Below, one piece after another: positions 1-10,522 of a stretch of 64,000 nt of DNA; positions within the stretch are counted from its first letter, which is position 1, and every line of letters begins with the position of its first letter. The notes under the pieces were generated by a model. That model ran no database searches. It worked only from the letters and a program-made list of their open reading frames with translations, and was not told where the DNA came from. The stretch comes from a virus. Lineage: Duplodnaviria; Caudoviricetes. The position numbers and the translations under genes are program-made. The DNA lies in the IMG/VR virus record IMGVR_UViG_3300010163_000019, positions 9,372-73,371 of that record. The stretch is one strand, 5' to 3'.

Positions 1-1
1 A

Positions 2-193
2 AACGAAAATTATTTCAGAATTATCAATCAATACTCTATGTCAGACATTATATATTATCTGCAAAGTAAAAATGAGAATTATTTAACTGTTATGGGGGAA
101 ATGCTTACAGATGCAGTTAAAACTACATTTAGGGAAACAAGAGTAATTTGTGTTGATGATATATACAAGTATATAACAGAAAATTTGATTTAA
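2..193 (+). CDS. 3' end of a hypothetical protein (truncated by window edge)
   Basis: Open frame from position 2 to TAA at 191-193. Confidence 0.5.
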   Translation, partial: NENYFRIINQYSMSDIIYYLQSKNENYLTVMGEMLTDAVKTTFRETRVICVDDIYKYITENLI

Positions 194-290
194 AGGCGTT
201 TATGACTGGTCAGAAGGCATTAGCGGAAATATTCGTTAGTGCCTTTTATAGTGGCTATAAACCATAAAATTTTAATCAGGAGGAAAAATC

Positions 291-1040
291 ATGAAGAATT
301 GGACTATTACAGAAATTGAAAATATTACAGAGGATTGTGTAAAGGAAATGGCTGTTGATACCATGAAGATTAAAGGACATAATATATATTTTGTGGAGTT
401 TGAGGGCGGTTTTGGTTTTAGTTGTTTAGTTTTCAAAAATAATCATCATATTCACTATGCTAATGATTATCAGCTGCATCATGAAACAGTAAAAACAAAA
501 GAAGAATTGAAACAAATGTATATTAAAACTATGAATAATATTCTTTTTACAGAAGAGGAAATTGCGAAGCCATTAAAGGATTATGACGATTATGGAAGAC
601 GGAGTTATTTCTTACATAATTATTATGGAATGCAGATTGATTATATTTCCATCTTTCAAATATTCAATAGAGAAGAAGAAAGAAAGGCATTTAAGAGCCA
701 GACGGAAAATATGACATACAATCCCGTTGGATTTTGTTATATGAATGATATGGATTTCGTAAGACATCACATTGAACTTTTGGAAACATTAGAAAGGGTA
801 AAAGTAGAAGGTTCTACAAATTATGAGTATCTCAAAAAGGCGTTTTTGTATGAAATGCATAATCATGAGTATGAAATAAATTGGCAAGCTGATTATGATG
901 TATTGTCTGTTTTTGGAAATATTCAGTATTATCATGAAGATTTAAATGCATATTTTGAGGAATTAAAATTTAATGATACACAGAGAAGGGCATATATGGA
1001 TGCAAGAAGTCAGTATTATACAGAAAATAATTGTGAATAG
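291..1040 (+). CDS. Hypothetical protein
   Basis: 249 aa ORF, AGGAGG RBS. Confidence 0.8.
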   Translation: MKNWTITEIENITEDCVKEMAVDTMKIKGHNIYFVEFEGGFGFSCLVFKNNHHIHYANDYQLHHETVKTKEELKQMYIKTMNNILFTEEEIAKPLKDYDDYGRRSYFLHNYYGMQIDYISIFQIFNREEERKAFKSQTENMTYNPVGFCYMNDMDFVRHHIELLETLERVKVEGSTNYEYLKKAFLYEMHNHEYEINWQADYDVLSVFGNIQYYHEDLNAYFEELKFNDTQRRAYMDARSQYYTENNCE

Positions 1041-1131
1041 GAGTTTAAGATAATTTAAAGGATATTTTATTCACTTTTACAAGAATGAAATAGTCAAGGC
1101 TTAAAATAAAACGAAAGAAGGAGCTGATAAG

Positions 1132-2106
1132 TTGACATTTAATTATTATTATGGAGCGGAGGCAGAACAATTTTCTTTTTATCGTATTCCTCGCTTGCTG
1201 ATTAAGGACGAGCGTTTCAAAGGACTTAGCAGCGATGCGAAACTTTTGTACGGATTAATGCTTGACAGAATGTCATTGTCTATCAAAAATGAGTGGTTTG
1301 ATGAGAAAGGCAGAGTATATATCATATATACAATAGACAATATCAGGGAAGATTTAGGATGCAGCAAGGAAAAAGCAGTAAAGGTTCTTGCAGAGCTGGA
1401 TGCAGATAAGGGTATAGGGCTTGTTGAAAAAATACGTCGGGGACTTGGACAGCCAGATATTATTTATATAAAGAACTTTATCACATCAGATGAAGATAAA
1501 AAAGAGTCTTCAAATGCTGATATTTCCACAGAAGTCGGGAAAACCGACTTCAAGAGGTCGGAAAAACTGACTTCAGGAGGTCGGGAAAACCGACTTCAAG
1601 AAGTCGGAAAAACCGACCCTAATTATATTAATTATAATTATACTGATATGAATTATAACAATCCTATCAATCAATCAGAGAAGAATATAGTAGATGACAT
1701 GCTAGTAAATGAAAAAGATGATAGGATTGATGTGATAGATGAAGCAAACATATATATGGAATTAATTCGCGATAATATTGAGTATGAGCATCACATGAAG
1801 TATGACCAGCGCGGGGAAAGGGAGTTGTATGAGGAAATCTATGAAATAATCTGTGATGTGGTATGTGTGAAGCGTGAAAAAATCCGCATCAATGGGGAGG
1901 ATTACCCATATGAGCTTGTAAAATCCTGTTTTCTTAAACTGAATAGTAGTCATGTGGAGTATGTTATGAGGCGCATGAAAGATACTGTTACAAAAATTCT
2001 TAATATCAGGGCATATTTGATTACAGCTCTTTATAATGCCCCCTCCACCATGAATTATTATTATCAGCAAGAGGTGCAACATGATATGTATAGTGGTTAT
2101 GGATAG
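1132..2106 (+). CDS. repA: Replication initiator protein A (RepA_N, DUF6017-like C-terminus)
   Basis: N-terminus FSFYRIPRLL...LSSDAKLLYGLMLDRMSLS...GRVYIIYTI typical of RepA_N; internal iterons. Confidence 0.9.
   Translation: MTFNYYYGAEAEQFSFYRIPRLLIKDERFKGLSSDAKLLYGLMLDRMSLSIKNEWFDEKGRVYIIYTIDNIREDLGCSKEKAVKVLAELDADKGIGLVEKIRRGLGQPDIIYIKNFITSDEDKKESSNADISTEVGKTDFKRSEKLTSGGRENRLQEVGKTDPNYINYNYTDMNYNNPINQSEKNIVDDMLVNEKDDRIDVIDEANIYMELIRDNIEYEHHMKYDQRGERELYEEIYEIICDVVCVKREKIRINGEDYPYELVKSCFLKLNSSHVEYVMRRMKDTVTKILNIRAYLITALYNAPSTMNYYYQQEVQHDMYSGYG
1531..1622 (+). repeat. Four tandem 23-bp iterons inside repA (putative origin)
   Basis: Units at 1531, 1554, 1577, 1600, consensus GARGTCGGRAAAACYGACTTCAR, each internally palindromic; AT-rich tract follows. 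Confidence 0.85.
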
Positions 2107-2186
2107 GAACTATATAATGACAGAAAGATTGATATGATTAAAAATAGTGGATAATACAATGGATTTATGGAAGGAGTTATTTAAAA

Positions 2187-2465
2187 ATGAGAAGAAAATC
2201 GTTAGGAAATGCAAAGTTGATTATTACTATAGAGAGTAATAAGAAAACAAAGGAAATCAGAACTAAGTCTGTGTTTGACAATAGAATACAAAACTATTGG
2301 ACAGAAAAACAGATACAAGAACGTGGAATAGTATCATTTCTGAATTTAGATGATCTAAAAGAGACTTTAAATTGGAATCTAAATGGAGATAGTTTAAAGT
2401 ATCAATTTAAATGGGGACAGTCTGGAAGAAATACTTCAGAAGGTCGCGCTTATATTTTTGAATAA
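2187..2465 (+). CDS. Hypothetical protein
   Basis: 92 aa ORF with RBS. Confidence 0.7.
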   Translation: MRRKSLGNAKLIITIESNKKTKEIRTKSVFDNRIQNYWTEKQIQERGIVSFLNLDDLKETLNWNLNGDSLKYQFKWGQSGRNTSEGRAYIFE

Positions 2466-2519
2466 AGATGAATTTTGGATGGTAAGGAAATGATAATTTT
2501 AAATGGAGGTTTAAAATAG

Positions 2520-3185
2520 ATGAACAAAAATATAGTTTTGAGTATTGATTGGGATTTCTTTATTAATGCTACAGAAAAGGAAAGAATAAGGTTATTTCCT
2601 TGTGATGATATGTATTATGACTCTGAAGATATATTTGATGAATGGGCAGAAATGTATGAAGAAAATGAAGATGAATTATATGATATTGATATAAAAGAAA
2701 AAGAATATAATTATATCTTTCATAAATTAAGAGAATTACTGATTGATAATCCTAATATAAAGGTTGTAATAGCTGATTCACATAGACATATTTACAAACA
2801 CATTAAAAATATGCAAAAAGAATCTGTATATGATTTAAATCTAATCAATATTGATTTTCATCATGATTGTTACAGTAGTGACGAAATAGGCTGTGAGTCT
2901 TGGGTTTATCATCTTATTAAGGAGCATACTGTTTCTAATTTAGTATGGATATGTGACAAAACAAGTGGCATTGATGCGGAGATAATTGATGAAGATTTTG
3001 AGTGGGAAAGTTCAGAAGAAATGGAATCCTGTTTAGATAAAATTGAGAAATATTCATTAATTTTTATTTGTAGGAGTTCAATATATTCTCCTCCACATTT
3101 AAATGCATGTTTTGATAAAATGGTAAATATGATAAAAAAATATTCTACGAATTATTATATCGAAAATGACATCATTATAAAGTAG
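2520..3185 (+). CDS. UPF0489/arginase-deacetylase-fold metallohydrolase-like protein
   Basis: LSIDWDFF, DSH and NIDFHHD motifs. Confidence 0.55.
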   Translation: MNKNIVLSIDWDFFINATEKERIRLFPCDDMYYDSEDIFDEWAEMYEENEDELYDIDIKEKEYNYIFHKLRELLIDNPNIKVVIADSHRHIYKHIKNMQKESVYDLNLINIDFHHDCYSSDEIGCESWVYHLIKEHTVSNLVWICDKTSGIDAEIIDEDFEWESSEEMESCLDKIEKYSLIFICRSSIYSPPHLNACFDKMVNMIKKYSTNYYIENDIIIK

Positions 3186-3437
3186 ATAAAAACGCAATTT
3201 GATCAGGAGCAGAGGAAATATTATACCAACATATAAATTATTATATACTTGCTCAAAAACAGGAATTAAAGTATATACAAATGGAATTTGTAAGAAAATT
3301 GTATATCCGAATAGAAAAATAAAATATATGAAACACTGAAAATCAGGATTTCTTTGCCATATTTTTAGATAAAGAAGTTAGTCAAAAAGAGAAGTAAGTA
3401 TTGGAAACAATATTTATTTCAAAGGAGGGTTAACTTT

Positions 3438-4001
3438 TTGGCTGAAAAGAAAGGCAATAATTACATAATTGATAACAAAAATGGTGTTGCAAAAATTGAA
3501 TTGCAAAGAAGAGGAGACGATAGTTTATGGACTATTATTGATTTAGAAGACTTGGAAAGAGTTTTGAATTTTCCTTTCACATGGTCTGCAAAATATGATC
3601 CTGATTTAGATCAATACTATGCAGAATCTACTATTCACAAAAAACATAATGGAAAAAGATGGTCAACATCAATGAAACTGCACAAGTTTATTATGAATGT
3701 TGAGGAATATAAAGTTGTGGATCACATTAATCATGATACATTGGATAATACAAAAGGAAATTTAAGGGTTATTTCTCATAGCAATAATTCAATGAACAGA
3801 AAATCAAGAAACAGCAATAACAAGTCTGGATATCGGAATGTTTGCTGGAGTAAAAGTGATAATAAATGGATTGTACAGTTACAAGTTAATAAAAAGAATA
3901 CAGTTCTTGGAAAATTTCCTAAAGATCAGTTAAAAGAAGCAGCGAAGTTTGCGGAGGAAAAGAGAAAAGAACTATATGGAGAATTTGCTGGATTTAATTA
4001 A
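3438..4001 (+). CDS. HNH homing endonuclease with AP2 domain
   Basis: VDHINHDTLDN..NLR....N HNH motif; SGYRNVCWSKSDNKW AP2-like C-terminus. Confidence 0.85.
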   Translation: MAEKKGNNYIIDNKNGVAKIELQRRGDDSLWTIIDLEDLERVLNFPFTWSAKYDPDLDQYYAESTIHKKHNGKRWSTSMKLHKFIMNVEEYKVVDHINHDTLDNTKGNLRVISHSNNSMNRKSRNSNNKSGYRNVCWSKSDNKWIVQLQVNKKNTVLGKFPKDQLKEAAKFAEEKRKELYGEFAGFN

Positions 4002-4045
4002 AATCCCACGACATCAGAATTTCATCCAGAGAAGGAGAATGTTTA

Positions 4046-4621
4046 ATGAAAATAGAACAAACATATATTGCAGATGATGGCAAAAGATTTAATGATAGAA
4101 ATAAATGTATAAAATATGAAAGCGAATTAAGAGAGAAAGAACGAAATGAAATTCTTCAGGAAATCAAAAAATTAGATTTAGCAATTTGGAAAAAGTATTA
4201 TCCAGATTATAAAGAAAAAAATGAACCAGAATTGTATCAATCACCTAAGTGGTTACAGAATGATATAGTCGCAATAATTATAGATTTCCCTGAAAGCGAA
4301 AAAGACATAATTTCTATTATTAATAGAGCAAAATATGGGAAAGAAATTATTGCAGATTATTTGAGGTTTGATGTAATAAAAAATGAAATCAAGGTAAGAA
4401 TTGATTTTTTATCAGCGTTATGTTCAATAGAGTCTGGATCAGATTTATCAAGTAGTATTCAATATTCTTTATCGTCTAAAGACTTAATGGAACTTGCAAA
4501 ATTACATAAAGCGAATAGGTGTAGAAGGAAAATTGAAGAATTACTAACAAGTTGTAATTTTCATTATGAGTGCGGAAAATTTATCAATAAAGAATATGAA
4601 GAGTTTTTAAAGAAACCTTAA
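4046..4621 (+). CDS. Hypothetical protein
   Basis: 191 aa ORF with RBS. Confidence 0.75.
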   Translation: MKIEQTYIADDGKRFNDRNKCIKYESELREKERNEILQEIKKLDLAIWKKYYPDYKEKNEPELYQSPKWLQNDIVAIIIDFPESEKDIISIINRAKYGKEIIADYLRFDVIKNEIKVRIDFLSALCSIESGSDLSSSIQYSLSSKDLMELAKLHKANRCRRKIEELLTSCNFHYECGKFINKEYEEFLKKP

Positions 4622-4641
4622 AACTCGTATTTTAAGGCAGG

Positions 4642-4830
4642 ATGGAGGAAAATATTATGAATGTAAGAGACATTCTGAAAAACGAATTAAAACAGAATCA
4701 TAACAATATCATTACTGTTATGGAAAATCATGTAATGCAGATGATTAGATGTGATAGGCACACTGCTAATTTAGTAGCAAATGAGATATTGGAACTTGAC
4801 AGACAAGCAGAAGATATATTGTCGGAATAA
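4642..4830 (+). CDS. Hypothetical protein
   Basis: 62 aa ORF. Confidence 0.6.
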   Translation: MEENIMNVRDILKNELKQNHNNIITVMENHVMQMIRCDRHTANLVANEILELDRQAEDILSE

Positions 4831-4920
4831 AATTCGCATTTCAACTACTAAATTATTAAGAAAATAGAAAAGTATTTGGAGAAATATAGTACAGATATTT
4901 TTTATTATGGAGGAAAATAT

Positions 4921-6516
4921 ATGATACCAAAAGAATTTTACCCTACACCAAAAGAATTGTTACACAAAATTACAGAAGGAATAAATTGGGAACAACTTCA
5001 ATCAGTGTTGGAGCCGTCTGCCGGTAAAGGGGATATAGCGGAATATGTAAAAGAAAAATATAAGAAAGAAACATGGAATCGTGACTTAGATATTGATTGT
5101 ATAGAAATTGACGATACTCTTTGTCAGACTCTTAAAGGGAAAGAATTAAGAGTAGTACATAATGATTTTTTAACGTTCAATACTTTCAAACATTATGATC
5201 TAATCATTATGAACCCGCCATTCAGTGATGGAGCAAAGCATCTCTTACATGCATTATCTCTTCAAAGAGATAATTTTGGAATTGTTTGTATTTTGAATGC
5301 AGAAACGATTAGAAATCCATATACCAATGAAAGAAAAGACCTTGTAAACAGATTGGAAAAGATGAATGCAGAAATTAAGTATATGGAAGGACAATTTTTG
5401 TCGGCAGAACGGCCAACAGGAGTAGAAATAGCGGTAATAAAAATTTTTGTGCCAGAAGAAAAGAAAGAAAGCTATATTTTTGAGGATTTAAAGAGACGGT
5501 CGTATCAAGAAAATATATATGAAGATGTGACCGATTTAGCACCAAATGATTTTATCAAGGCTATTGTACAGAAGTATAATATTGAAGTGGAAGCAGGAAT
5601 AAAACTTATTATGGAATATAAAGCGATGGTTCCACACATATTACAAGATTTTAAAGACAGTTCTTACAATAAGCCAATATTGGAAATGAAAATTCGTGAC
5701 AGAGAACTTTCAACTAATACGTTTGTTAAAGAAGTCAGGCGTAAATATTGGACTGCGTTATTCAGTAATCCTAAATTTACTGGAAAAATGACTTCAAATT
5801 TAGCAAATAAATATCATAATCAGGTTGCGGAACTTACAAATTATGATTTTTCTGAATATAATATTCGGACGATACAAATTGAAATGAGTAAAAATTTAGT
5901 AAGAGGAATAGAAGACTGTATTATTGAATTATTTGATAAATTATCATATCAATACTCATATAGCGATGAACTTTCAAATAACATTCATTATTATAACGGT
6001 TGGAAAACAAATAAAGCATGGTATATAAATAAAAAAGTTATTTTACCATATATGAATGCCTTTAGCAGTTGGAGTGGAAAGTTTGATCCTGATTATCAAG
6101 TGAAATCACAGCTTGCAGATATTGAAAAAGCATTGAATTACTTAGACGGTGGATTAACCGATGGGAGAGATATGGAGTTATGGCTAAGACATGCAGCGGA
6201 AACAGGTCAAACACGAAAGATACAACTTAAATATTTCTATGTAACATTTTATAAAAAAGGGACTTGTCACATTGAGTTTATCAATGAAGACCTTTTAAAG
6301 AAATTAAATATTTTTGGAAGCCAACAGAAAAAATGGTTGCCGCCTGGATATGGAAAAAAGACATATAATGAAATGCAACCAGAAGAAAAAGCGGTTATTG
6401 ATGACTTTGAAGGGAAGGCAAAATATGAAGAAACATTGAAGAACCAGGATTATTTTATTTATAATCCAATGAATTCTATTGGGTGTTTAGAAATGAATAC
6501 AGAAGAAATTGCATGA
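4921..6516 (+). CDS. N6-adenine DNA methyltransferase with DUF4942-like C-terminal domain
   Basis: FYPTP, VLEPSAGKG (motif I), IMNPPF (motif IV); ATG 4921 follows GGAGG. Confidence 0.85.
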   Translation: MIPKEFYPTPKELLHKITEGINWEQLQSVLEPSAGKGDIAEYVKEKYKKETWNRDLDIDCIEIDDTLCQTLKGKELRVVHNDFLTFNTFKHYDLIIMNPPFSDGAKHLLHALSLQRDNFGIVCILNAETIRNPYTNERKDLVNRLEKMNAEIKYMEGQFLSAERPTGVEIAVIKIFVPEEKKESYIFEDLKRRSYQENIYEDVTDLAPNDFIKAIVQKYNIEVEAGIKLIMEYKAMVPHILQDFKDSSYNKPILEMKIRDRELSTNTFVKEVRRKYWTALFSNPKFTGKMTSNLANKYHNQVAELTNYDFSEYNIRTIQIEMSKNLVRGIEDCIIELFDKLSYQYSYSDELSNNIHYYNGWKTNKAWYINKKVILPYMNAFSSWSGKFDPDYQVKSQLADIEKALNYLDGGLTDGRDMELWLRHAAETGQTRKIQLKYFYVTFYKKGTCHIEFINEDLLKKLNIFGSQQKKWLPPGYGKKTYNEMQPEEKAVIDDFEGKAKYEETLKNQDYFIYNPMNSIGCLEMNTEEIA

Positions 6517-6542
6517 CAGGCAATGAAATGAGGTGATTAAAA

Positions 6543-6962
6543 ATGTTTACAATGAAAATTTTTGATGGAGAAGAAGGTATGTTTGATAAAGTGGAGGATG
6601 CGATTAAATATATGAAAGAATCAAACTTTGAAAAAGAAGTATCAATATATGCTGCTGATTCTAATAAAGCATATAAAAAAGCGTTGGAAATTTTTAAGGT
6701 AATAAAAGAGTATAACAAAGGAAAGCCATTAGAGGATCAAATTCTTCCATCAAATCCATTTGGTTTTAGAGGTATTTTGGGATGTTTGGGGGTACAAGTG
6801 TATAGCATTACACTTGGAAAATATAAGAATAATTGTGAATGTATAGCGTTGTTTACTGGGTATAATGAAAGAGTTTTAGATACAAGCGTAGAAAAGGCTC
6901 ATATAGTACCAGGAGTAAAAGCTATGTCATCGTTGGCTTTGATAGGAAGCATGATGCACTAA
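6543..6962 (+). CDS. Hypothetical protein
   Basis: 139 aa ORF with GAGGTG RBS. Confidence 0.7.
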   Translation: MFTMKIFDGEEGMFDKVEDAIKYMKESNFEKEVSIYAADSNKAYKKALEIFKVIKEYNKGKPLEDQILPSNPFGFRGILGCLGVQVYSITLGKYKNNCECIALFTGYNERVLDTSVEKAHIVPGVKAMSSLALIGSMMH

Positions 6963-7093
6963 TGAATTATTACTTAGAAAATTTAAGTAATAATGTTTCA
7001 TGGAAGTTGAAATTAAAATTTGATTTGTTAAACCACAGGAAAATAATCTTGTGGCTTTTGTATTGGAGAAATGATATAATGGAGGAAATAATA

Positions 7094-7270
7094 ATGAATG
7101 AAGAGATAATTGCAAGTTTTATTTGTTGTGGAAAATGTATGGTAGTTGTTAAGCTGGAACATGGTACGCATGTGATGTCATATGAAGAATGGAAGTGGGC
7201 GTATGGACAATTGCACCCTGAGTTGTGGATGAAAGATAAGAAAATGAAGAAAAGTAGAAAAATTTCTTAG
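7094..7270 (+). CDS. Small hypothetical protein
   Basis: ATG 7094 after GGAGG; ORF track extends it upstream to 6962. Confidence 0.5.
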   Translation: MNEEIIASFICCGKCMVVVKLEHGTHVMSYEEWKWAYGQLHPELWMKDKKMKKSRKIS

Positions 7271-7310
7271 AAATTATAGAATGGATTTATAGAAAGAGAG
7301 GATTGATAAT

Positions 7311-7583
7311 ATGATGTATCCATACATGACACTTAATGATGATACAGAAATCACACATTCTGAGATGCAATCAGATGGAAGGGTAAAGGTATATATCGAA
7401 ACGCCGGATGAAAAGGTTTGTTTTCGCCATGCTACATGTTGGTTGCCTGAATATAAGTGGGAAGATATATATGCTTATTCAGATACCGATATTGAAAAGT
7501 TTCAAGAAATTATTGAGTCATCGGCGCATTTGATTATGGAATTTTCACAGGAAGGGGGATTTGATAATGCCTCGAATTTTTAG
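7311..7583 (+). CDS. Putative antitoxin partner of DUF4160 protein
   Basis: Acidic 90 aa ORF overlapping the DUF4160 gene. Confidence 0.5.
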   Translation: MMYPYMTLNDDTEITHSEMQSDGRVKVYIETPDEKVCFRHATCWLPEYKWEDIYAYSDTDIEKFQEIIESSAHLIMEFSQEGGFDNASNF

Positions 7584-7845
7584 ATTGGGTTCATACTGGG
7601 TTTATTTCTGGACAAATGAAAATAAGCCTTTAGAGCCTATACATGTCCATATATCAAGTGGAAGTCCAAGTGCGAATGCGACTAAGATATGGATAACAAA
7701 GAGTGGAAAATGTTATTTGTGCCATAATAAATCAAAGATCCCAGAAAGAACTTTGAGAAATATGATGCGTATGATAGAGACAAGAAGTTCTGATATAATA
7801 AATAAGTGGTACGAATATTTTGGAGAAATTACATATTATTGTTAA
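7567..7845 (+). CDS. DUF4160 family protein (putative type II toxin)
   Basis: YFWTNE..EPIHVHI and AKIW-like (ATKIWI) motifs. Confidence 0.7.
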   Translation: MPRIFRLGSYWVYFWTNENKPLEPIHVHISSGSPSANATKIWITKSGKCYLCHNKSKIPERTLRNMMRMIETRSSDIINKWYEYFGEITYYC

Positions 7846-8039
7846 TGGACTTAAAATCTAAGTTTTAAGTGATAAAAAAGATAATTCATATGAAAGTAAA
7901 AATTACATTTAAGATAAATTAGCATAATGAGCTTAAATATTAAAGTATAATTGAATATTTGGAAATATTAAAAAGCATTTGGAGAATAAGTATCCAGATG
8001 CTTTTTATTATACAAAAAACAAAAATAAACAAGGAGAAG

Positions 8040-8963
8040 ATGATTATGAGATTATCAAGAACTGAAGTAAGGAAACAAAAATTAATGACCAAAGACCAGA
8101 TGATTGACAAAATGAGGAAAATGAACGCCAAACATACTGACAACATGGAAAGTCGCAAGAATGCGCTAAAAACACTTATGAGTGGCATTCCAGTTGGAAA
8201 TAAAGTCTTTGTGTTGGTTCCAGTGGAAGACTTGCATATTGATGAATCCTATCAACGCCCTGTTCAGAGTCATGTAAGGACGATTGCGGAAGAATGGGAT
8301 GATATGAAATGTGATCCTTTAAAAATCAATTACAGAGAAGATGGTTATTTTTATGTCTGGGACGGACAGCATAGATTGGTTGCATTAAAAATCATGGGGA
8401 TTGATTATGTCCTTTGTGTTATAACAGTTGGATTAACACAGAAACAAGAAGCTGCATTGTTTGGTTGTCAAGGAAACGGAATTAAGAAACCTGATCCCTA
8501 TGATATTTTTAAGGCTAATGTGTGTTCTGGGGAACAAATTGATTCGGAAATTAAAAGTATGTGTGACAAATACGACCTTGATGTTAAAAGAAATAGTAAA
8601 CGTGCTGGAAATTTATCTTGTCTTACTCTTGCAAGAGAAATCTTTAAAAGAGGAAGTGAAGAACAAGAATGTTTTGAATGGGTGTTACAGTTGTTACATA
8701 ATGCAAAATGGCATGAATTTGCACAGTCTCATTGCCACAGAATAATAAATGCATTATTTGAAGTACGGAAAGTATTTGAGGAAGAAAATGAATTTATACA
8801 ACGAAAATTAACACTTTATTTGAAGAAAACCAATCCAGATGAGCTACTACTCAATGCTACAATAAAATATCCACAGTTTAAAGATGAGAGTAAGAAGATT
8901 AAATTATATTTAATTGATGTTGTAAATAATAACGAAATGATAATGAACACTTTTGGAAATTAA
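8040..8963 (+). CDS. ParB/Srx-fold protein (DUF6551-like)
   Basis: LHIDESYQR, YVWDGQHRL motifs. Confidence 0.75.
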   Translation: MIMRLSRTEVRKQKLMTKDQMIDKMRKMNAKHTDNMESRKNALKTLMSGIPVGNKVFVLVPVEDLHIDESYQRPVQSHVRTIAEEWDDMKCDPLKINYREDGYFYVWDGQHRLVALKIMGIDYVLCVITVGLTQKQEAALFGCQGNGIKKPDPYDIFKANVCSGEQIDSEIKSMCDKYDLDVKRNSKRAGNLSCLTLAREIFKRGSEEQECFEWVLQLLHNAKWHEFAQSHCHRIINALFEVRKVFEEENEFIQRKLTLYLKKTNPDELLLNATIKYPQFKDESKKIKLYLIDVVNNNEMIMNTFGN

Positions 8964-9055
8964 AAACAGGGTGGAAGATTTATTTACATATTCATGATAT
9001 AAAGGCGCAGAAATGAGTTTATGCTTTCTCATTAATAAAAAAGCAGTAAAAAATT

Positions 9056-10096
9056 ATGATTGGAGGTAATGATATGCAGCAAGCATTAGTATTCGTAAAT
9101 AATTCAGATAGTGATAATACAGAAAGAAAAATATGCGTATATCAAGGAGTAACTTATTTTATCAATACTGAGGACAACACAGGAAAAAATTATATTGAAG
9201 TTAGAGGAACAAAGAAATATCTTGATAAAAATGGAAAGGTTTCTAATAAGCAGCCAAATACACGAAATGTAAGGGACTGCATAAATTCATATGAGGATAT
9301 GCATAAAATACATGATTACTTAATACAACGGAAAAAGTGGAATATATATTTATTGTTTATATTAAATTATAATTTAAGCAGACGAATTGGAGACCTTTTG
9401 AAAGCAAAATGGTCAGATTTTTTTGATGAAGACTGGAAAATTAAAAAGTCATGGGAACTGATAGAGGAAAAAACACATAAGAAAAATGAGATAAAGATTA
9501 ATAAGGCAGTAAGATATGCATTTAAAACTTATTTTGAAAAGGAAACTGCCTTTGAGAAAACAGATAAAAACTATTATGAACCAATATTTAAACAGCTTTA
9601 TGGAACCCATAAAGGCAAGGTTCTTTCCCAGGAAAGGTATAGACAGATTTTAATAAAAATAGGAGATGAACTAGGACTTGAGAAAAAAGTACGTTCTCAT
9701 GGTTTTAGGCGGGGAGCATTTACAAATATGATTGAGTCGCATCCAAATGATCCAAAAGCGAAAATTACAGTGATGAATATATCAAAACATGGAAGTGAAT
9801 CAACGCTGAGTCATTATATAGGAGAAGAAGATAAGGAAAAGGAACGATATCTTGATGATTTAGGTGCTGATTTTGAAAAGTATGTTATAAAGGGAGAAGA
9901 AGTTCCATTTCATAAAAAAGTACCACAGGTAGTCTGTGATACCTCAAAACTTATGGAGTGTATGAGAGATGCAGCATCATATTTTATGATTAAAGGGATA
10001 GAAATGTCAAATGAGTCAGATCCCAAAGTTATTTTGCAAGTGGTAAATGAATCTATGAAAAAGTTAGAGGAAATATTAGAGAATATAACAGAGTAA
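9056..10096 (+). CDS. Tyrosine recombinase/integrase family protein
   Basis: Catalytic set present: LSRRIGDL (R), EEKT (K), SHGFRR (HxxR), SKHGS (H), SHYIG (Y). Confidence 0.85.
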   Translation: MIGGNDMQQALVFVNNSDSDNTERKICVYQGVTYFINTEDNTGKNYIEVRGTKKYLDKNGKVSNKQPNTRNVRDCINSYEDMHKIHDYLIQRKKWNIYLLFILNYNLSRRIGDLLKAKWSDFFDEDWKIKKSWELIEEKTHKKNEIKINKAVRYAFKTYFEKETAFEKTDKNYYEPIFKQLYGTHKGKVLSQERYRQILIKIGDELGLEKKVRSHGFRRGAFTNMIESHPNDPKAKITVMNISKHGSESTLSHYIGEEDKEKERYLDDLGADFEKYVIKGEEVPFHKKVPQVVCDTSKLMECMRDAASYFMIKGIEMSNESDPKVILQVVNESMKKLEEILENITE

Positions 10097-10270
10097 AAAA
10101 TGATATTCTTATGTAGCAAAATGTGATATAATAAGAAAGGGCAACACATGAGCAGAAAATTTGAATTATGGAAAGAGGATTCTTAAAAGTAAAAAGTAAA
10201 AAGTGGAAAGAAGAAAGAGTTAAAGTAGGGAAAGATTGATTTTATTGTGTAAATGTTGTGTATAAATACA

Positions 10271-10299
10271 TTGACTGTTGTGTAATTAGTGTGTATAAT
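10271..10299 (+). promoter_or_regulatory. Sigma70-type promoter of hicAB
   Basis: TTGACT-17 bp-TATAAT, with repeated TGTGTA boxes around it. Confidence 0.75.
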
Positions 10300-10321
10300 A
10301 TAAAGATAGGGAGGAGCACTA

Positions 10322-10498
10322 ATGAAACAAAGAGATTTGATTAAAAAGCTGGAAGCAGGAGGCTTTGTATTTGATCATCATGGAAGTAACCATGATATAT
10401 ACAGGCGAGGAGAAAATGAATTTGAAACGGTTGAAAGACATAAAGAAATACCAGAAAGATTAGCACAAGCGATTTTAAAGAGACGAGGATTGAAATAG
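10322..10498 (+). CDS. hicA: HicA mRNA interferase toxin (58 aa, absent from ORF track)
   Basis: MKQRDLIKKLEAGGFVFDHHGSNHDIY...VERHKEIPERLAQAILKRRGLK; GGAGG RBS. Confidence 0.9.
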   Translation: MKQRDLIKKLEAGGFVFDHHGSNHDIYRRGENEFETVERHKEIPERLAQAILKRRGLK

Positions 10499-10522
10499 TC
10501 GTTAAATAATGGAGGGAATATT

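Noticed and set aside
1531-1622. 23-bp palindromic repeats as a CRISPR array
   Set aside because: No spacers, in frame within repA, no cas genes; they fit RepA_N iterons
9056-10096. Recombinase as marker of a prophage att end here
   Set aside because: Phage-type genes continue on both sides and no host gene or att duplication is visible
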